From Eledone cirrhosa (taxonomy: Eukaryota): 64,000 nucleotides of DNA. Position 1 is the stretch's first letter. Each line of letters begins with the position of its first letter. The position numbers were made by a program, and so were the translations under genes. The stretch spans positions 202,368,001 through 202,432,000 of the forward strand of contig OZ024741.1 in assembly GCA_964016885.1 (NCBI GenBank), given 5' to 3'. Below are positions 35,111 to 48,171 of the stretch, piece after piece. The notes beneath the pieces were generated by a model. That model was not told the origin of the DNA, made no database searches, and worked only from the letters and a program-made list of their open reading frames with translations.

Positions 35111-35481
35111 ATAAATTGTTAACAGCAAATTGGCAACGTCATTTGAATATAAGTGGAACCTTTTCCAGTATTCATTCCAGCTCTTAGCACTCACTGAGTT
35201 CAAATCCCATTGAGATCAACCTTTTCTTTTATTTTTTGAGGTTGATTAAAAAAGTACCTGTCCAATACTGTGGTCGATCTTACTCTATATCTTTTTCTCA
35301 CTTTCTCTCTCTCTGGAAGAAATTAACTGTGTTTAGACCTGGATATTGGATGCGCTCCACCAAGTTTAAAGTGCCCAGGACACTCCATCTAGTGCCCTAT
35401 AACTCCATTAAGAATTACTGGTCCATACACACATACTTATTTTATAATTTTCTTTTTGTCAAACCACTACTTTATGGGACA

Positions 35482-36431
35482 CTAGCAGTGGTACCCGGCG
35501 TTGCACGGGATAAGGTATTTTGGAACGCGGGCCGCCAACAGACCTAATCGTGGAAAAACTGCATGCCTGGACAATATGTAAAGAAAATAAACCGAATACT
35601 CTGATGGCTGGATAATCTTTAAGATTTTCCTTGATGAAGCAGGAAAAATGTAGGTTTTCACCTAATGCAGGCCCTAGGGGACCAAGAAAATAAATTTTTT
35701 TTATGTGCATAATATGCCTTAAAATTTCGGGAAAATCGGCTAGACGTAACGCCTCCAAAAAGCCCTAAAAAGCTGAAAAAATTAAGTTTTTCACCTAATG
35801 CGGGCCCTAGGCCATAAAAAAGTTGGATTTTCTTTGCTCACGGTATGAAGAAGAGACTGACTAATACATAGTTACAATTTCAAGGAAATCGGTCGGACGT
35901 AATGCCTCAAAAAAAACCTAAAAAGCTTAAAAAACGCAGTTTTTCACCTAATGCGGGCCCTAGGAGATCAAAAAGTTGAAAAAACGCAGTTTTTCACGTA
36001 GGAGATCAAAAAGTTGAATTTTTTATGTGCATAACACTCACTGAAACATAAGTAATATACATGTAAAGTTTGAAAAAAATCGGTTGGGTACTTCTCGAGT
36101 TTTAGGGATTCAAACTCACACACACACACACACACAGACATCCTCAGGGAAGTGACGTAATGCAGACATACAGACAGATATTATAAGGGAGCGACGTTAT
36201 ATGTATGTATGTATCTATCTAAAAAGAGAAAGACTAAGAATTATAGAGACAGATCGCTAAATCGCCTAATGCAGTCCCTAGGGCATTGAAAATTTGAAAT
36301 TTCTTTTGCTCAGAACATTCCTTGAAACATAAGTATTACATGTGTAAAGTTTGAAAAAAGTCGGTTGGGTGGTTCTCGAGTTTTAGGGATTCAAACTCAC
36401 ACACACACATCCTCAGTTTTATATATATAGA
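35482..36431 (-). mobile_element. Non-autonomous Helitron-like element with internal tandem repeats
   Basis: On the - strand it begins tctatatatataaaac and ends with the hairpin cccgtgcaacgccggg + CTAG/T. Repeated ttttcacctaatgcgggccctagg units. Confidence 0.65.
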
Positions 36432-36993
36432 CTAGCAGAAAACCACCCGGGGGGCGGTTTTCTGGTAATCTAAAACAGAGAATGTCTGTCTGTCTGTCAG
36501 CTCACTAAAACTTGAGAACCATCCAACCGATTGTTTTCAAACTTAAGACATGTAATACTTATGGTCCTGTGAGTGTTTTGAGCAAAAATTATTTCAAATT
36601 TTCAATGCACTAGGGACCGCATTAGGCGATTTAGTGGTCTCTCTATATAATTCTTAGTCTTTCTTTTTAGATAAATACATAGATATAACGTTGCACCCTT
36701 ATAATATCTGTCTGTATGTCTGGCTGTCTGCATTACGTCATTATGACGCGCTCAGTGTGTGTGTGTATATATATATGTATCGTAATGCAGACAGCAAGAC
36801 ATAGCTTTCCTTCCCCTCTTCCAGCGTCTCTCTCTCTCTCCATCCCGCTATCCCCCTCTTGTAGTCTGTCTCTTTCTTTCACTCTCACTCTCTCTCTACG
36901 CGTCAGACAGACAGACAGAGAAATTGCTGGTTATATATTATAAGGAGACAAACAAAGATATAGATACAAATGTGAATACAGACAGAAAGACAG

Positions 36994-37000
<7 letters not shown>
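36432..37000. mobile_element. Related Helitron-like sequence: a second hairpin+CTAG end, then an inverted copy of about 36145-36400
   Basis: cagaaaaccacccggggggcggttttctg hairpin next to CTAG. About 36490-36740 is reverse-complementary to the preceding element. Confidence 0.5.
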
Positions 37001-37032
<32 letters not shown>

Positions 37033-37035
<3 letters not shown>

Positions 37036-38308
37036 TCATCATCATCATCATCATTAGTTTAACGTCCATGTTCCACGCTTGCATGGGTTTGGACGGGAGT
37101 TTTCCCACTTGAGGCAAGAGTGGTTGTCTTGCTCGCATAGGACTGTTTTCTACAGCTGGATGCCCTTCCTAACACCAACCACATTTACAGTGTGGGACTG
37201 GGAGGTTTTTACCGTGTTGCCTACACGGCCACATTACAGCGTGGAATGTTGCTTTTTTTGTCGTGACACCTACACGATCTCATTCGTTTCGGCCTGGATG
37301 TTGTGGCACCAACATAACTTTACATTGAAAGGTGCGGTGTGGATGGGGTGGGGGTGGTGGGACGGGGGTGTATTTTGTTAGAGATGCCTACTGACTGTAG
37401 TAGGTTTTACTTTGTATTTAGGTAAGGCGGGTCTTCTCTATTACTGAGTGCCGCCAAAGATCTCGGTCCAGTGACATTATCTTGGAGAGGTGTAAGTGTG
37501 TGAGGTCGGAGTTTATCAGGTCGTCCCAGGTTTTTCTGGGTCTGCCTACTCCGTGGCTACCGTCTATCTTTATTGCCCTGCACTTTTTTATACAGCTGTC
37601 GTCTTTCATGTGCATCACGTGACCATACCAACGTAACCTTCTCTCGAGTAAACAACATCTGATCCCTCTTATTTCTAATTTTTCCCTTAGTTCGTTTATG
37701 CTTTGCCGTTCGCGTATATTACTATTACACATCCAGCGGAGCATACAAGCTTCGTTCCTCTCTAGTCTGCGTATATTCTCTGCACACAATGCCCAGGTCT
37801 CACTGCCATGCAACATTGCTGTTCGTATGCAGGCATCATACAGCCTGCCTTTCATTTTTAGGGAGAACCCTTTAGCGGCTAATAGTGGTATAAGCTCTCT
37901 GAACTTTTTCCATCCAGTTCTGACTCTAGCTACTGTACTTTCAGAGCACCCTCCCCCACTGCTGATTTTGTCACCCAGGTAATGGAAGCTGTCCACTATT
38001 TCTATAGAACCCTCTGCACAGTTGAAAGAGCTAGTATTTTGTGGGCACTTGCTGCTACTTATTGCACCAGAGCACCGGCCACATGTAAAATCTGTGTTCT
38101 TAGTTAGCTTACCTGTGATCCCACTACATCTTTTATGCACCCATACTTTGCATTTGGGACATAAAATGGAGTTTCTACCTACGCCTTTCCTACACATTGA
38201 GCATGGCCATTTCCCGGAAGGGACCGGAGCCTTATTTTCTTTCCTACAAACTAGAACTTTAGTCTTAGACAGGTTAATTTTAAGGTCTTTTGATTCTAGG
38301 CCGTGCTT

Positions 38309-38312
<4 letters not shown>
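37033..38312 (-). mobile_element. 5'-truncated RTE LINE subfamily A
   Basis: ORF 37418-38197 matches the C-terminus of the intact element; (TA)n on both flanks. Confidence 0.92.
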
Positions 38313-38345
<33 letters not shown>

Positions 38346-38358
38346 AAGTAAATTCTTT

Positions 38359-40283
38359 AACCACACAATCATGAAATACACTCACTAGATGTAGGGAACT
38401 ATTTACCACACAACCATGATGTTCATTCACTAGATGTAGGGAACTATTTACCACACAACCATGATGTTCACTCACGAGATGTAGGGAACTATTTACTACA
38501 CAATCATGCTGTACACTCATTATTTACCACACAACCATGATGCACACTCACTAGATGTAGGGAACTATTTACCACACAACCATGATGTTCATTCACTTGA
38601 TGTAGGGAACTATTTACTACACAATCATGCTGTACACTCATTATTTACCACACAACCATGATGTTCACTCACTTGATGTAGGGAACTATTTATCACACAA
38701 CCATGATGTACACTCACTAGATGTAGGGAACTATTTACCACACAACCATGATGTACACTCACTTGATGTAGGGAACTATTTACTACACAATCATGATGTA
38801 CACTCACTAGATGTAGGGAACTATTTACCACACAACCATGATGTACACTCACTAGATGTAGGGAACTATTTACTACACAATCATGATGTTCACTCACTAG
38901 ATGTAGGGAACTATTTACCACACAACCATGATGTTCATTCACTTGATGTAGGGAACTATTTACTACACAATCATGCTGTACACTCATTATTTACCACACA
39001 ACCATGATGTACACTCACTAGATGTAGGGAACTATTTACCACACAACCATGATGTTCACTCACTAGATGTAGGGAACTATTTACCACACAACCATGATGT
39101 TCATTCACTTGATGTAGGGAACTATTTACTACACAATCATGCTGTACACTCACTTGATGTAGGGAACTATTTACTACACAATCATGCTGTACACTCACTA
39201 TTTACCACACAACCATGATGTTCACTCACTAGATGTAGGGAACTATTTACCACACAACCATGATGTTCATTCACTTGATGTAGGGAACTATTTACTACAC
39301 AATCATGATGTTCATTCACTTGATGTAGGGAACTATTTACTACACAATCATGCTGTACACTCACTATTTACCACACAACCATGATGTTCATTCACTTGAT
39401 GTAGGGAACTATTTACTACACAATCATGATGTTCATTCACTTGATGTAGGGAACTATTTACTACACAATCATGCTGTACACTCACTAGATGTAGGGAACT
39501 ATTTACTACACAATCATGATGTACACTCACTAGATGTAGGGAACTATTTACCACACAACCATGATGTACACTCACTAGATGTAGGGAACTATTTACTACA
39601 CAATCATGATGTACACTCACTAGATGTAGGGAACTATTTACCACACAACCATGATGTACACTCACTAGATGTAGGGAACTATTTACCACACAACCATGAT
39701 GTACACTCACTAGATGTAGGGAACTATTTACTACACAATCATGATGTACACTCACTAGATGTAGGGAACTATTTACCACACAACCATGATGTACACTCAC
39801 TAGATGTAGGGAACTATTTACCACACAACCATGATGTTCATTCACTTGATGTAGGGAACTATTTACTACACAATCATGCTGTACACTCACTAGATGTAGG
39901 GAACTATTTACTACACAATCATGATGTACACTCACTAGATGTAGGGAACTATTTACCACACAACCATGATGTACACTCACTAGATGTAGGGAACTATTTA
40001 CTACACAATCATGATGTACACTCACTAGATGTAGGGAACTATTTACCACACAACCATGATGTATACTCACTAGATGTAGGGAACTATTTACCACACAACC
40101 ATGATGTTCATTCACTTGATGTAGGGAACTATTTACTACACAATCATGATGTACACTCACTAGATGTAGGGAACTATTTACCACACAACCATGATGTACA
40201 CTCACTAGATGTAGGGAACTATTTACCACACAACCATGATGTACACTCACTAGATGTAGGGAACTATTTACCCCACTCACTAG
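38359..40283. repeat. 45-bp minisatellite of roughly 44 units, with five 31-bp deletion variants
   Basis: Unit cactagatgtagggaactatttaccacacaaccatgatgtacact; translates to a 15-aa repeat on both strands. Confidence 0.97.
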
Positions 40284-40639
40284 GTATAGCGCATTATTTT
40301 ACAATAATCTTCAAATCCAATTTACTCTTTATTATGTTTGCAACAAAATAATTTTAATGGTTTTTCTAAGCACTAAAGCATGAGCAGCTTTTTTTATGGG
40401 CTGTCGGCCACATAGGGTGTGGCTCATCATAAGATGGGCTATATTACTAAGATATCTGTGGCAATTTTGAAATTAAGCATGCCATTCAGAAAGCCAAACG
40501 AGCCACATGCAGCTCATGGGCTACTGTTTACCCATGATATCACTAAAGTAGCAAATTAAGTGTAAGAATTCCAAAATAAAAAGGAAATGATTAAAATGTA
40601 TATCATCTTAGAAGCTGTACTTTTTTTTATATATTTCAG

Positions 40640-40774
40640 ATCCCTGTCGAATTAGGCAAGATCCCCTTCCTCCAATTCCAGCTAGCTTAAAGTTAGATGT
40701 TATCATTGCTGTCCTTGCTTTTGTCAGCATCATATTAATTCTCTCAATTATTCTGAAGGGCTTCTTTCATAAAA
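40640..40774 (+). CDS. IL-17 receptor-like gene, transmembrane exon (DPCRIRQDPLPPIP...VIIAVLAFVSIILILSIILKGFFHK)
   Basis: tttcag acceptor, GTAAGT donor, phase 1 to 1. Pro-rich stalk, a hydrophobic run of about 20 aa, then basic residues. Confidence 0.85.
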
Positions 40775-42984
40775 GTAAGTGGAAAATAATTTTCTAAAAA
40801 GTAATTTCATAATTTTGTTTGTAATGCAATACTACTCTTAAGCTTAAACACCTTCAGAAATTTTTTTATATTTTAGATATTATACTAAGTGTATAGTTTT
40901 GAAATTTAGGTGAACTTTGATTTTTTTCCCTAGAAACAATATATGACATGATTTTGACACAAAGAAAACATAAAGTAACTTTTTGCTAAAGATATCACTG
41001 TATTTAGTATCCAAATGTATTTATTTGATATTTCTTTGTCAAAGGAAAAGAGGATGCTCTGATCAACTTCCAGACCTACATGCAGTTAATGTTTAAATGA
41101 TAATTCTGTTGATTTATACTATCATTGTCATCATCACCACCACCCTTTAACATCTATTTTCCATGCTTGTGTGTGTGTTAGAAGGTCTTGTCTTGTTATG
41201 AGGCCAGACAAGTCAGCTGACTACATTTTGCTCATAGGATCCATTTTGGACTTGTTTTTTTATGACTGGATGCCATTCCTAATACTATACTGGGAGCTTT
41301 TTCATGACACCACCACTACCATCTTACAGGGTGGAATATGTACATTTTTGTTGTGCCACCAACATGACCATATTACAGGGTAGACTAGGTGCTTTTTATC
41401 ATGGCACCAGCACTACCACTTTACAGGGTAGATACCAGAAGGAAAAATATGAGTATAGATGGAGTTCCAGATGGTTGCAGTTTGGAAAGAAAGAATTTGA
41501 CTACATTTTGCAGAAAATTAGGAGGATATGGTTGGACATTGAAGGGATGATAAATGGAAAAGGAACCAGAGCAATAAGTAGACATGTCTTGCTGACTTAG
41601 AAGAGCAGTCACTGTTGTAAGAAACAGAGAAGTAACATCAATGAAATTACAATGATTTGATGAGTGAAGGGCTTGAATACTAATATAATGGCTAGGGTAT
41701 GTTTGTGCATTCAATTTATGTGAGTAGTACACTTACGTAGGTTGTACTTGAACCTTGTAATAGATCAACAACTGTTCAGTACTGAAGTATTTTCTTGTTC
41801 TGAAGACATAGCCTAAACTTAAAGTACATTTGGTAACATTATAGATTTGTGGTTATCATCAGAGATTCTAAGTTATATCTCACGAAGGACAGTATCTATG
41901 GTTTTCAAAATAAGCAAGAATTTGAAGAGATTTAGTAATATAACTAACTTTCTTGTTATTAAACTGGTGTTTGGAACATAACTTAAAGGTTCTTACATAT
42001 AATTATGATGTAAAGTTGAAAAGTTTGTAAAGCAAATAGCATTTTCAAGTGGATTGGTATCAAAAAGACACTAGATATAATTTGTCTTTTTAACTTCAGT
42101 TTCATTCCACATCTAAAGTTGTTTAAAGTGTTGTGAACATTGTGACAAGCAAAATAATATAGATAAAAAAGACATTGAAATTAAAAATGGAACTAGCAAG
42201 AACACTTGAAAGAATGAAGTACAATAAAATGCTGACTTTCATGAGTCTTTTCAACTTCATGCAACCTCAACTTGATTTTTCTCAGGGCTCATGAGTGGGT
42301 GTAGCCGCTAAGTAGGAGAGGCTTAAATCAATGTTTTCCTTCATTAGACAGGTTACCAGCCTAGGTTGATGAGCCCCATTTATCTGAAGCCACTGGTTTT
42401 AAGACCCCAGTGACCTGCCTTTCACCCCTTCTCCTGTTAGTGGAAACAGTTTTGTTGAACTTAGAAGCTGAGGCACACATGAAGGCTGAAGATGGACTTG
42501 GATACCAGAGTCTTATCTAAGACACACACCTTGGAAGGAACATCATTATCACTGTTTAACATCTATTTTCCATGCTAGTATGGGTTAGATGGGCTGTCAC
42601 ATGTTGAGGCTAGACAGGTGTGGTAACTACTTCTTGCTTGTACACTCCATGAAGGCTGGTGATGGTCTTGGATATCAGAGGCTATCTAAAGAGAACATTT
42701 TGGAAAGCAAAGAGAGGTTATCCTTACTGCTCCCTCTCCCACCCACCCCACTGGCATAACAGCCTTTATGTTTAGACATGATAGTAATAAGGTTTTTTAT
42801 GTATGGAAAGTGGCTAATGGAGGATATAACCAATCTTAGAGGTACATGAGAGTTGATAGAATGTAGATTAGAGAAAAATATGGTGGAGCAGTATGATAAA
42901 AAAAATTTCAATTTAAGAGGTGAATCCCATAGGCAATCATAAATAGACAAGGAAATTTTGAAAAAAAATCTAAATATTTTCTTT

Positions 42985-43135
42985 TGCTGGCATCAGTCAT
43001 TAAACTGTGGCCATGCTGGAGCACCACCTTCAAGGGCTTTAGTCGATCATATTAACCTCCTTATTTTATTCATCTTTATTTGTTAAACCACTAAATTACA
43101 GAACATTAAGGATAACAACACCAGTTTCTGTACAT
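42985..43135. repeat. Dispersed repeat with a second copy at about 51830-52010
   Basis: Shared ggccatgctggagcaccaccttcaagggctttagtcg...ctaaattac segments. Confidence 0.45.
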
Positions 43136-43329
43136 TATTATAAATATAATCATGTATACAAGCATCTTAAAGCCATTTTCTCTACTAAAGCAGGGATTAG
43201 CTTTGCAAGCTCTCTGATAGATTTCAGACTCATGTTGGTAGATATTTTGAGGCAATGTTTTATGGTCAGATGCCCCTCCTATAATCATGGTGGGATATGG
43301 CACACCTATTTTAAACCAGATATATATAT

Positions 43330-45200
43330 CTAGATGTCAGGTGTTCTTAGCATGCAGGGAAGCTGAGAGTAGGAGGTTTGCCAATGTTCTGCGACGAGAA
43401 GATCAGAGATGGGCGGCGTTCCGCATTGCAAGGCAGTGTGTCAGTGTAAAACAAGATGTTGTTGGAGATAAGTGTGTCTGAAATGATGCGGGTGTACTTA
43501 GTGTCACTGATGCTCAGAATAAGGAGGCCTGGAAATGTCATTATGAGAGACTGATGAATGTTGAGAACGAATGGGAGAGAGAGAAACTACCCCTGGTAGA
43601 CCCAACAGAGGGACCAGCTATTGAGATTGACGACTATATGGTCCAAGAGGCAATTAAGGAAATGAAAAGTGGTAAGGCCGCTGGACTGTCGAGGATAGTT
43701 GCTGAGATGCTGAAGGCATCAGGAGAAGTAGGCATTAAACTGGTTGCACACATTGTCAACCAAGCTATATATGGTGGTGTCATACCCAAAGACTGGTGCA
43801 GCAGTATTCTTATAAATTGCTACAAAGGTAAAGGGGATGCTCTGGAGAGGAGCAATTATAGAGGCATAAAACTGATGGATCAGGTTATGAAAGTGGCAGA
43901 AAGAATACTAATGCAACTAATTAGAGAAAGGGTCAAACTAGATGAGATGCAGTTTTGTTTTGTGCCTGGGAAAAGTACAACAGATGCCTTCTTCTTAGTG
44001 AGGCAACTACAAGAGAGGTTCTTAGAGAAGAATAAGCCACTATACTTAGCTTTTGTTGACCTAGAGAAGGCCTTTGATAGAGTACCCCGATCTGTCATCT
44101 GGTGGTCCCTAAGGTGTTGAGGAATGGCTTGTGAGGACAGACAAGCTATGTACAGGGGTGCTGTCAGTAAAGTGAGAGTAGGAATGGAGTTTAATGTAGG
44201 AGTACATCAAGGTGCAGTCCTCAGCCCGCTCTTTTTCATTATAGTCCTCCAAGCCATAACAGATGAGTTTAAGACTGGCTGCCCATGGGAACTTCTCTAT
44301 GCTGACGATCGAGTACTTATAGCAGAATCAGTAGAGGAGCTAGAGAATAAATTCTGACTATGGAAACAGCAGTTGGAATCAAGAGGACTGAGAGTGAACC
44401 TAGCTAAGACAAAGATGTTGATAAGTAGGAAAGAGGACAAAACTGATTTCATCAGGGAAATGGCCATGTTCAATATGTAGGAAAGGAGTTGGCATAAATT
44501 CTATAAAATGTACACAATGCAGATCTTATAGTGGGATAGCAGGCAAACTAACAGGTAGGGAAAACTATATATGCAGTAGATGTACAGGGAAATTTGACAA
44601 GTAGAAGTCGCAGTGATAGACACATTTTTCAAATACGGATAGGACCTATAGAGGTTGATAGCTTCCGATACCTAGGTGATCAGATTAGTAAGGGAGGAGG
44701 GTGTTCTGAGGCCATAGTATCCAGAATGAGGACGGGTTGGAAGAAGTTTACGTACGAAAGGCCGGTTATATGATGCCTGTGTGAGATGCGGGATGCTGCA
44801 TGGTAGTGAGACATGGGCAGCAACTGTGGAAGATATGCGATGGCTGGAGAGAAAGGAAGCAAGCATGCGCCGATGGATGTGCAATGTCAATGTGTGTGAC
44901 CAACCAAGCATAGACGAGTTGAGAGAGAAACTGTGTATAAGAGGGATAGGCTGTAGTGAGCGGAGAGAAGACTGCGTTGGTATGGACATGTGGTGCGATG
45001 ACTGCTGGGTGAAGAAGTGCCAAGAAATCTCAGTAGAAGGAAGACCACGAAAAACATGGGCGGAGGTGTTGAGAGCAGACCTCAGATCGCTGAAGCTCAC
45101 AGTCAAAGGACCATGACGAATAGAGAGATGCTGTGCTTAATAAGACCCGTCCCACCCTTGCAAGCAGGGAAAAGCGGACATAAAATGATGATGATGATGA
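43330..45200 (+). mobile_element. Decayed RTE LINE subfamily B
   Basis: RT fragments (43554-44120, 44124-44357, 44781-45116) with a short 3' UTR and (GAT)n tail. Confidence 0.9.
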
Positions 45201-45209
45201 TATATATAT

Positions 45210-47125
45210 ATCATCATTTAACGTCTATCTTCCATGCTAGCATGGGTTAGACGGGTTTGTCACATTTAGAGGAAGGTTGGTCAAGTGACCGTGTCTCACT
45301 CATATAGGATTGTTTCTGGCTGGTTTTCTACGGCTGGATGCCCTTCCTAGCGCCAACCACATTTACAGTGTCTGCTGGGTGCTTTTTGTTGTGACACCTA
45401 CATGGCCACTTTACAGTGTGGGCTGGATGTTTTGTGGTACAAACATATCAACATCATCGTCATCGTTTTACGTCCGTTCTTCCACGCTAGCATGGTGACC
45501 ATATCTTGCTCATACAGGACTGATTCTGGCTTGGTTTCTACAGCTGGATGCCTTTCCTAACACCAACCTCATTTACAGTGAGTACTGGGTGCTTTTTGTC
45601 ATGACACCTATGTGGGCTGAGTGCTTTTTGCCATGTCACCACCACGACCACTTTACAGTGTGGGTTGAAGGCTTCACTGAATGCATTTACTTTGGCCTGT
45701 CCTTATAGGGATGTATGGGAGGGTGGGTTGGGGCATACTGTATATATGCTTCAGCTTGTGCTCGTGGGAAGTCAGGTCTTCTGTATTACTGTGTAACGCC
45801 AGAGGTCTCGGTCCTGTGTCACCTTTGAGAGGTGCAATTGGGCAAGGTCAGCTTTTATGACCTCATCCCAGGTCTTGGGTCTCCCCACTCGAAGGCTTCC
45901 ATCAACTTTTAGTGTTCTGCACTTTTTTATGCATCACATATCCATACCAACACAATCTCCTCTCCTGCACACAGCATTTGATTCCTCTTATGCCTAGTTT
46001 CTCTCTCAGTTTATTTATGCTTCGCCATTCTCGTATATTACCATTACACATCCATCGGAGCATGCAAGCTTCATTTCTTTCCAATCTACGCAAGTCTTCT
46101 GTACACAGCGTCTAGGTCTTACTACCATGCAACATAGCTGTTCGTATGCACGCATCATACAGTCTGCTTTTCATTTTGTGGGAGAAGCCTTTTGTAGCCA
46201 GGAGTGGTAGTAGCTCTCTGAACTTCCTCCATCCCGTTCTTACTCTGGCTACTGTACTTTCAGAACACCCACCACTGCTGGTAATTCAGTCACCTATGTA
46301 GCAGAAGCTGTCTACTGGTTCTACAGAGCCCTCCCAGAGTTTGGTAGCACTTGTTCCCTGCAGTCATTTGCTGCTTACTGTTTCAGTGTAACTGCTACAT
46401 TCTTAGCTAAACTTCCCGAGATCCCACTATATCTCGTGTACCCATAGTTTACATATGGGGCAGAGGATGGAATTTCTATGTACACCTTTCCTATATACTG
46501 AAGAAGGCCATTTCCTCTAGAGGATCTGGGTTCCGTTTTCTCTTCTACTTCCTAAGACCCTAGTCAAGTTAATTTTAAGACCCCTTTTTTCTAGGCCCTG
46601 CATCCATGTTTGGAATTTCTTCTCTAGTTCTACCATAGATTCAGCTATGAGTGTAATTCATCCGTGTACAGAAGTTCCCATGGGCACCTAGTCTTAAATT
46701 TCTCCATTATAGCCTGCAAAACGATAACAAACAGGAGTGTGCTAAGAACAGAGCCCTGGTGGACGTCGACTTGTACACTAAATTCCTTGCTATAGTCCTT
46801 GTTAATCCTTACTGCTCTTCTATACATGGCTTGTATGGCCGTCACAAGCCACTCATCTGCTCCTAATTTTCTAAGAGCCCACCAGATTATTTCATGGGGC
46901 ATTCTGTCGAAAGCTTTCTCCATATCAACAAATACCAGGTAGAGAGGTTTACTTTTAACTAGGTACTTTTCCTGTAACTGTTTCACAAAGAAGAGAGCAT
47001 CAGTGGTGCTTTTGCCTGGTATAAATCGAAACTGCATCTCATCTAGATTTACCCTGTCCCTAATCAACTGGTGTTGTGACTCTTTCTGTTACTTTCATGA
47101 ACTGGTCCATCAGTTTTTTACCTCT
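45210..47125 (-). mobile_element. Decayed RTE LINE plus stacked RTE 3'-tail fragments
   Basis: RT fragment 46645-47067, C-terminal fragment 45902-46093, two (CAT)n tails at about 45210 and 45450. Confidence 0.85.
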
Positions 47126-47389
47126 ATCTATCTATCTATACATATATCAAAATTTACCTGGCATTTTCTGTTCACTTAATATCACATAGGTCACTTTTAT
47201 CACAAGTTGTTTGAATTTTTCATTTCTTTTCCTTCTAAATTCATACTGAAACATCCTCGATCAAGTTTATTTCCTACTTCCCTCTTAATACTATTTTTTC
47301 CATAATATTATGCTCTTCTCCTGTTTAAAACATTTTTTTAATGAAATTGTAACAACGTCATCTATTTTCTTTCTCTTTCATCCTTATAG

Positions 47390-48171
47390 GCCCGAGGAAA
47401 CCAGAGAAATATGCCATTTTATTGAGTCTCAATGATCATCCATTGCATGACAAAGCTGTAGATTATTTAATTCAGTACTTGGAAGAATTTGGAATAATTG
47501 TTCATCATGCTGAAGAATTTGGTAAATGTGTCTTTGAAGTGTATGATATTGTTCTTCTAGTTAATTCCACAGCACTAGCTGAGAGACAGAAGGCTTGGGC
47601 TGAAGAAAAAGATTATGAAAAGTTTTTTGAAGAAAAACATTCAAGTAATCTTACCAATGAAGTTTTCATTTTGATTGATGAACTCAGTGTTGGAAAAAAC
47701 AAGCAGAAAATTATAAGTTTGAAATTTGATTATGTTCCTGACAATACAGTATTTAAACATTATCCTTTACAAAAGGGAAATTTTTCCATTCCAAATAACT
47801 TGTTCGACATGATAAAAATCATGGTTAATACAACAACAAAGTTTAGAGGATTTTTTAAAAAGCAAGCATTGATAAATGCTATCAATAATGCAGCAAAATA
47901 TGAAAATGACTATAAAAATTGGTTTTCAGAAAAATATGGTGAACCAGTTTCTTTAAATTTCATTTCTTCTTCCTATGGCGAAGGTAAAGCATATGTCAAA
48001 AATATTGACAAAATCTTTAAAACAAACTATTCAATTCAAAGCTGCAATGTTAGTGAATTGCTACAAACATTGCAAAAGGAGAACGACCAAGGTATTCTAT
48101 TGAATCTCTTTAACAAAATGCCATCAACTTTTGATTTTGATTTTGAAAACAATAGTATTATAAGTGTTTAA
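47390..48171 (+). CDS. IL-17 receptor-like gene, terminal coding exon with SEFIR-like domain
   Basis: ttatag acceptor at 47388-89 is in phase with ORF 47422..48171. AILLSLNDHPLHDKAVDYLIQYL resembles SEFIR box 1 (IL17RA DHPLYVDVVLKFAQFL). DIVLLVNS, FDY and LINAI...NWF match the SEFIR/SEFEX pattern. Confidence 0.8.

Noticed and set aside
38359-40283. CRISPR array or genuine 333/310-aa repeat proteins
   Set aside because: No unique spacers, no cas genes and a eukaryotic context. The ORFs follow from a 45-bp stop-free unit and are broken by 31-bp units.
40371-40530. hAT-type MITE
   Set aside because: A repeated cactaaag and faint terminal similarity only; the TIRs are too degenerate to support a call.
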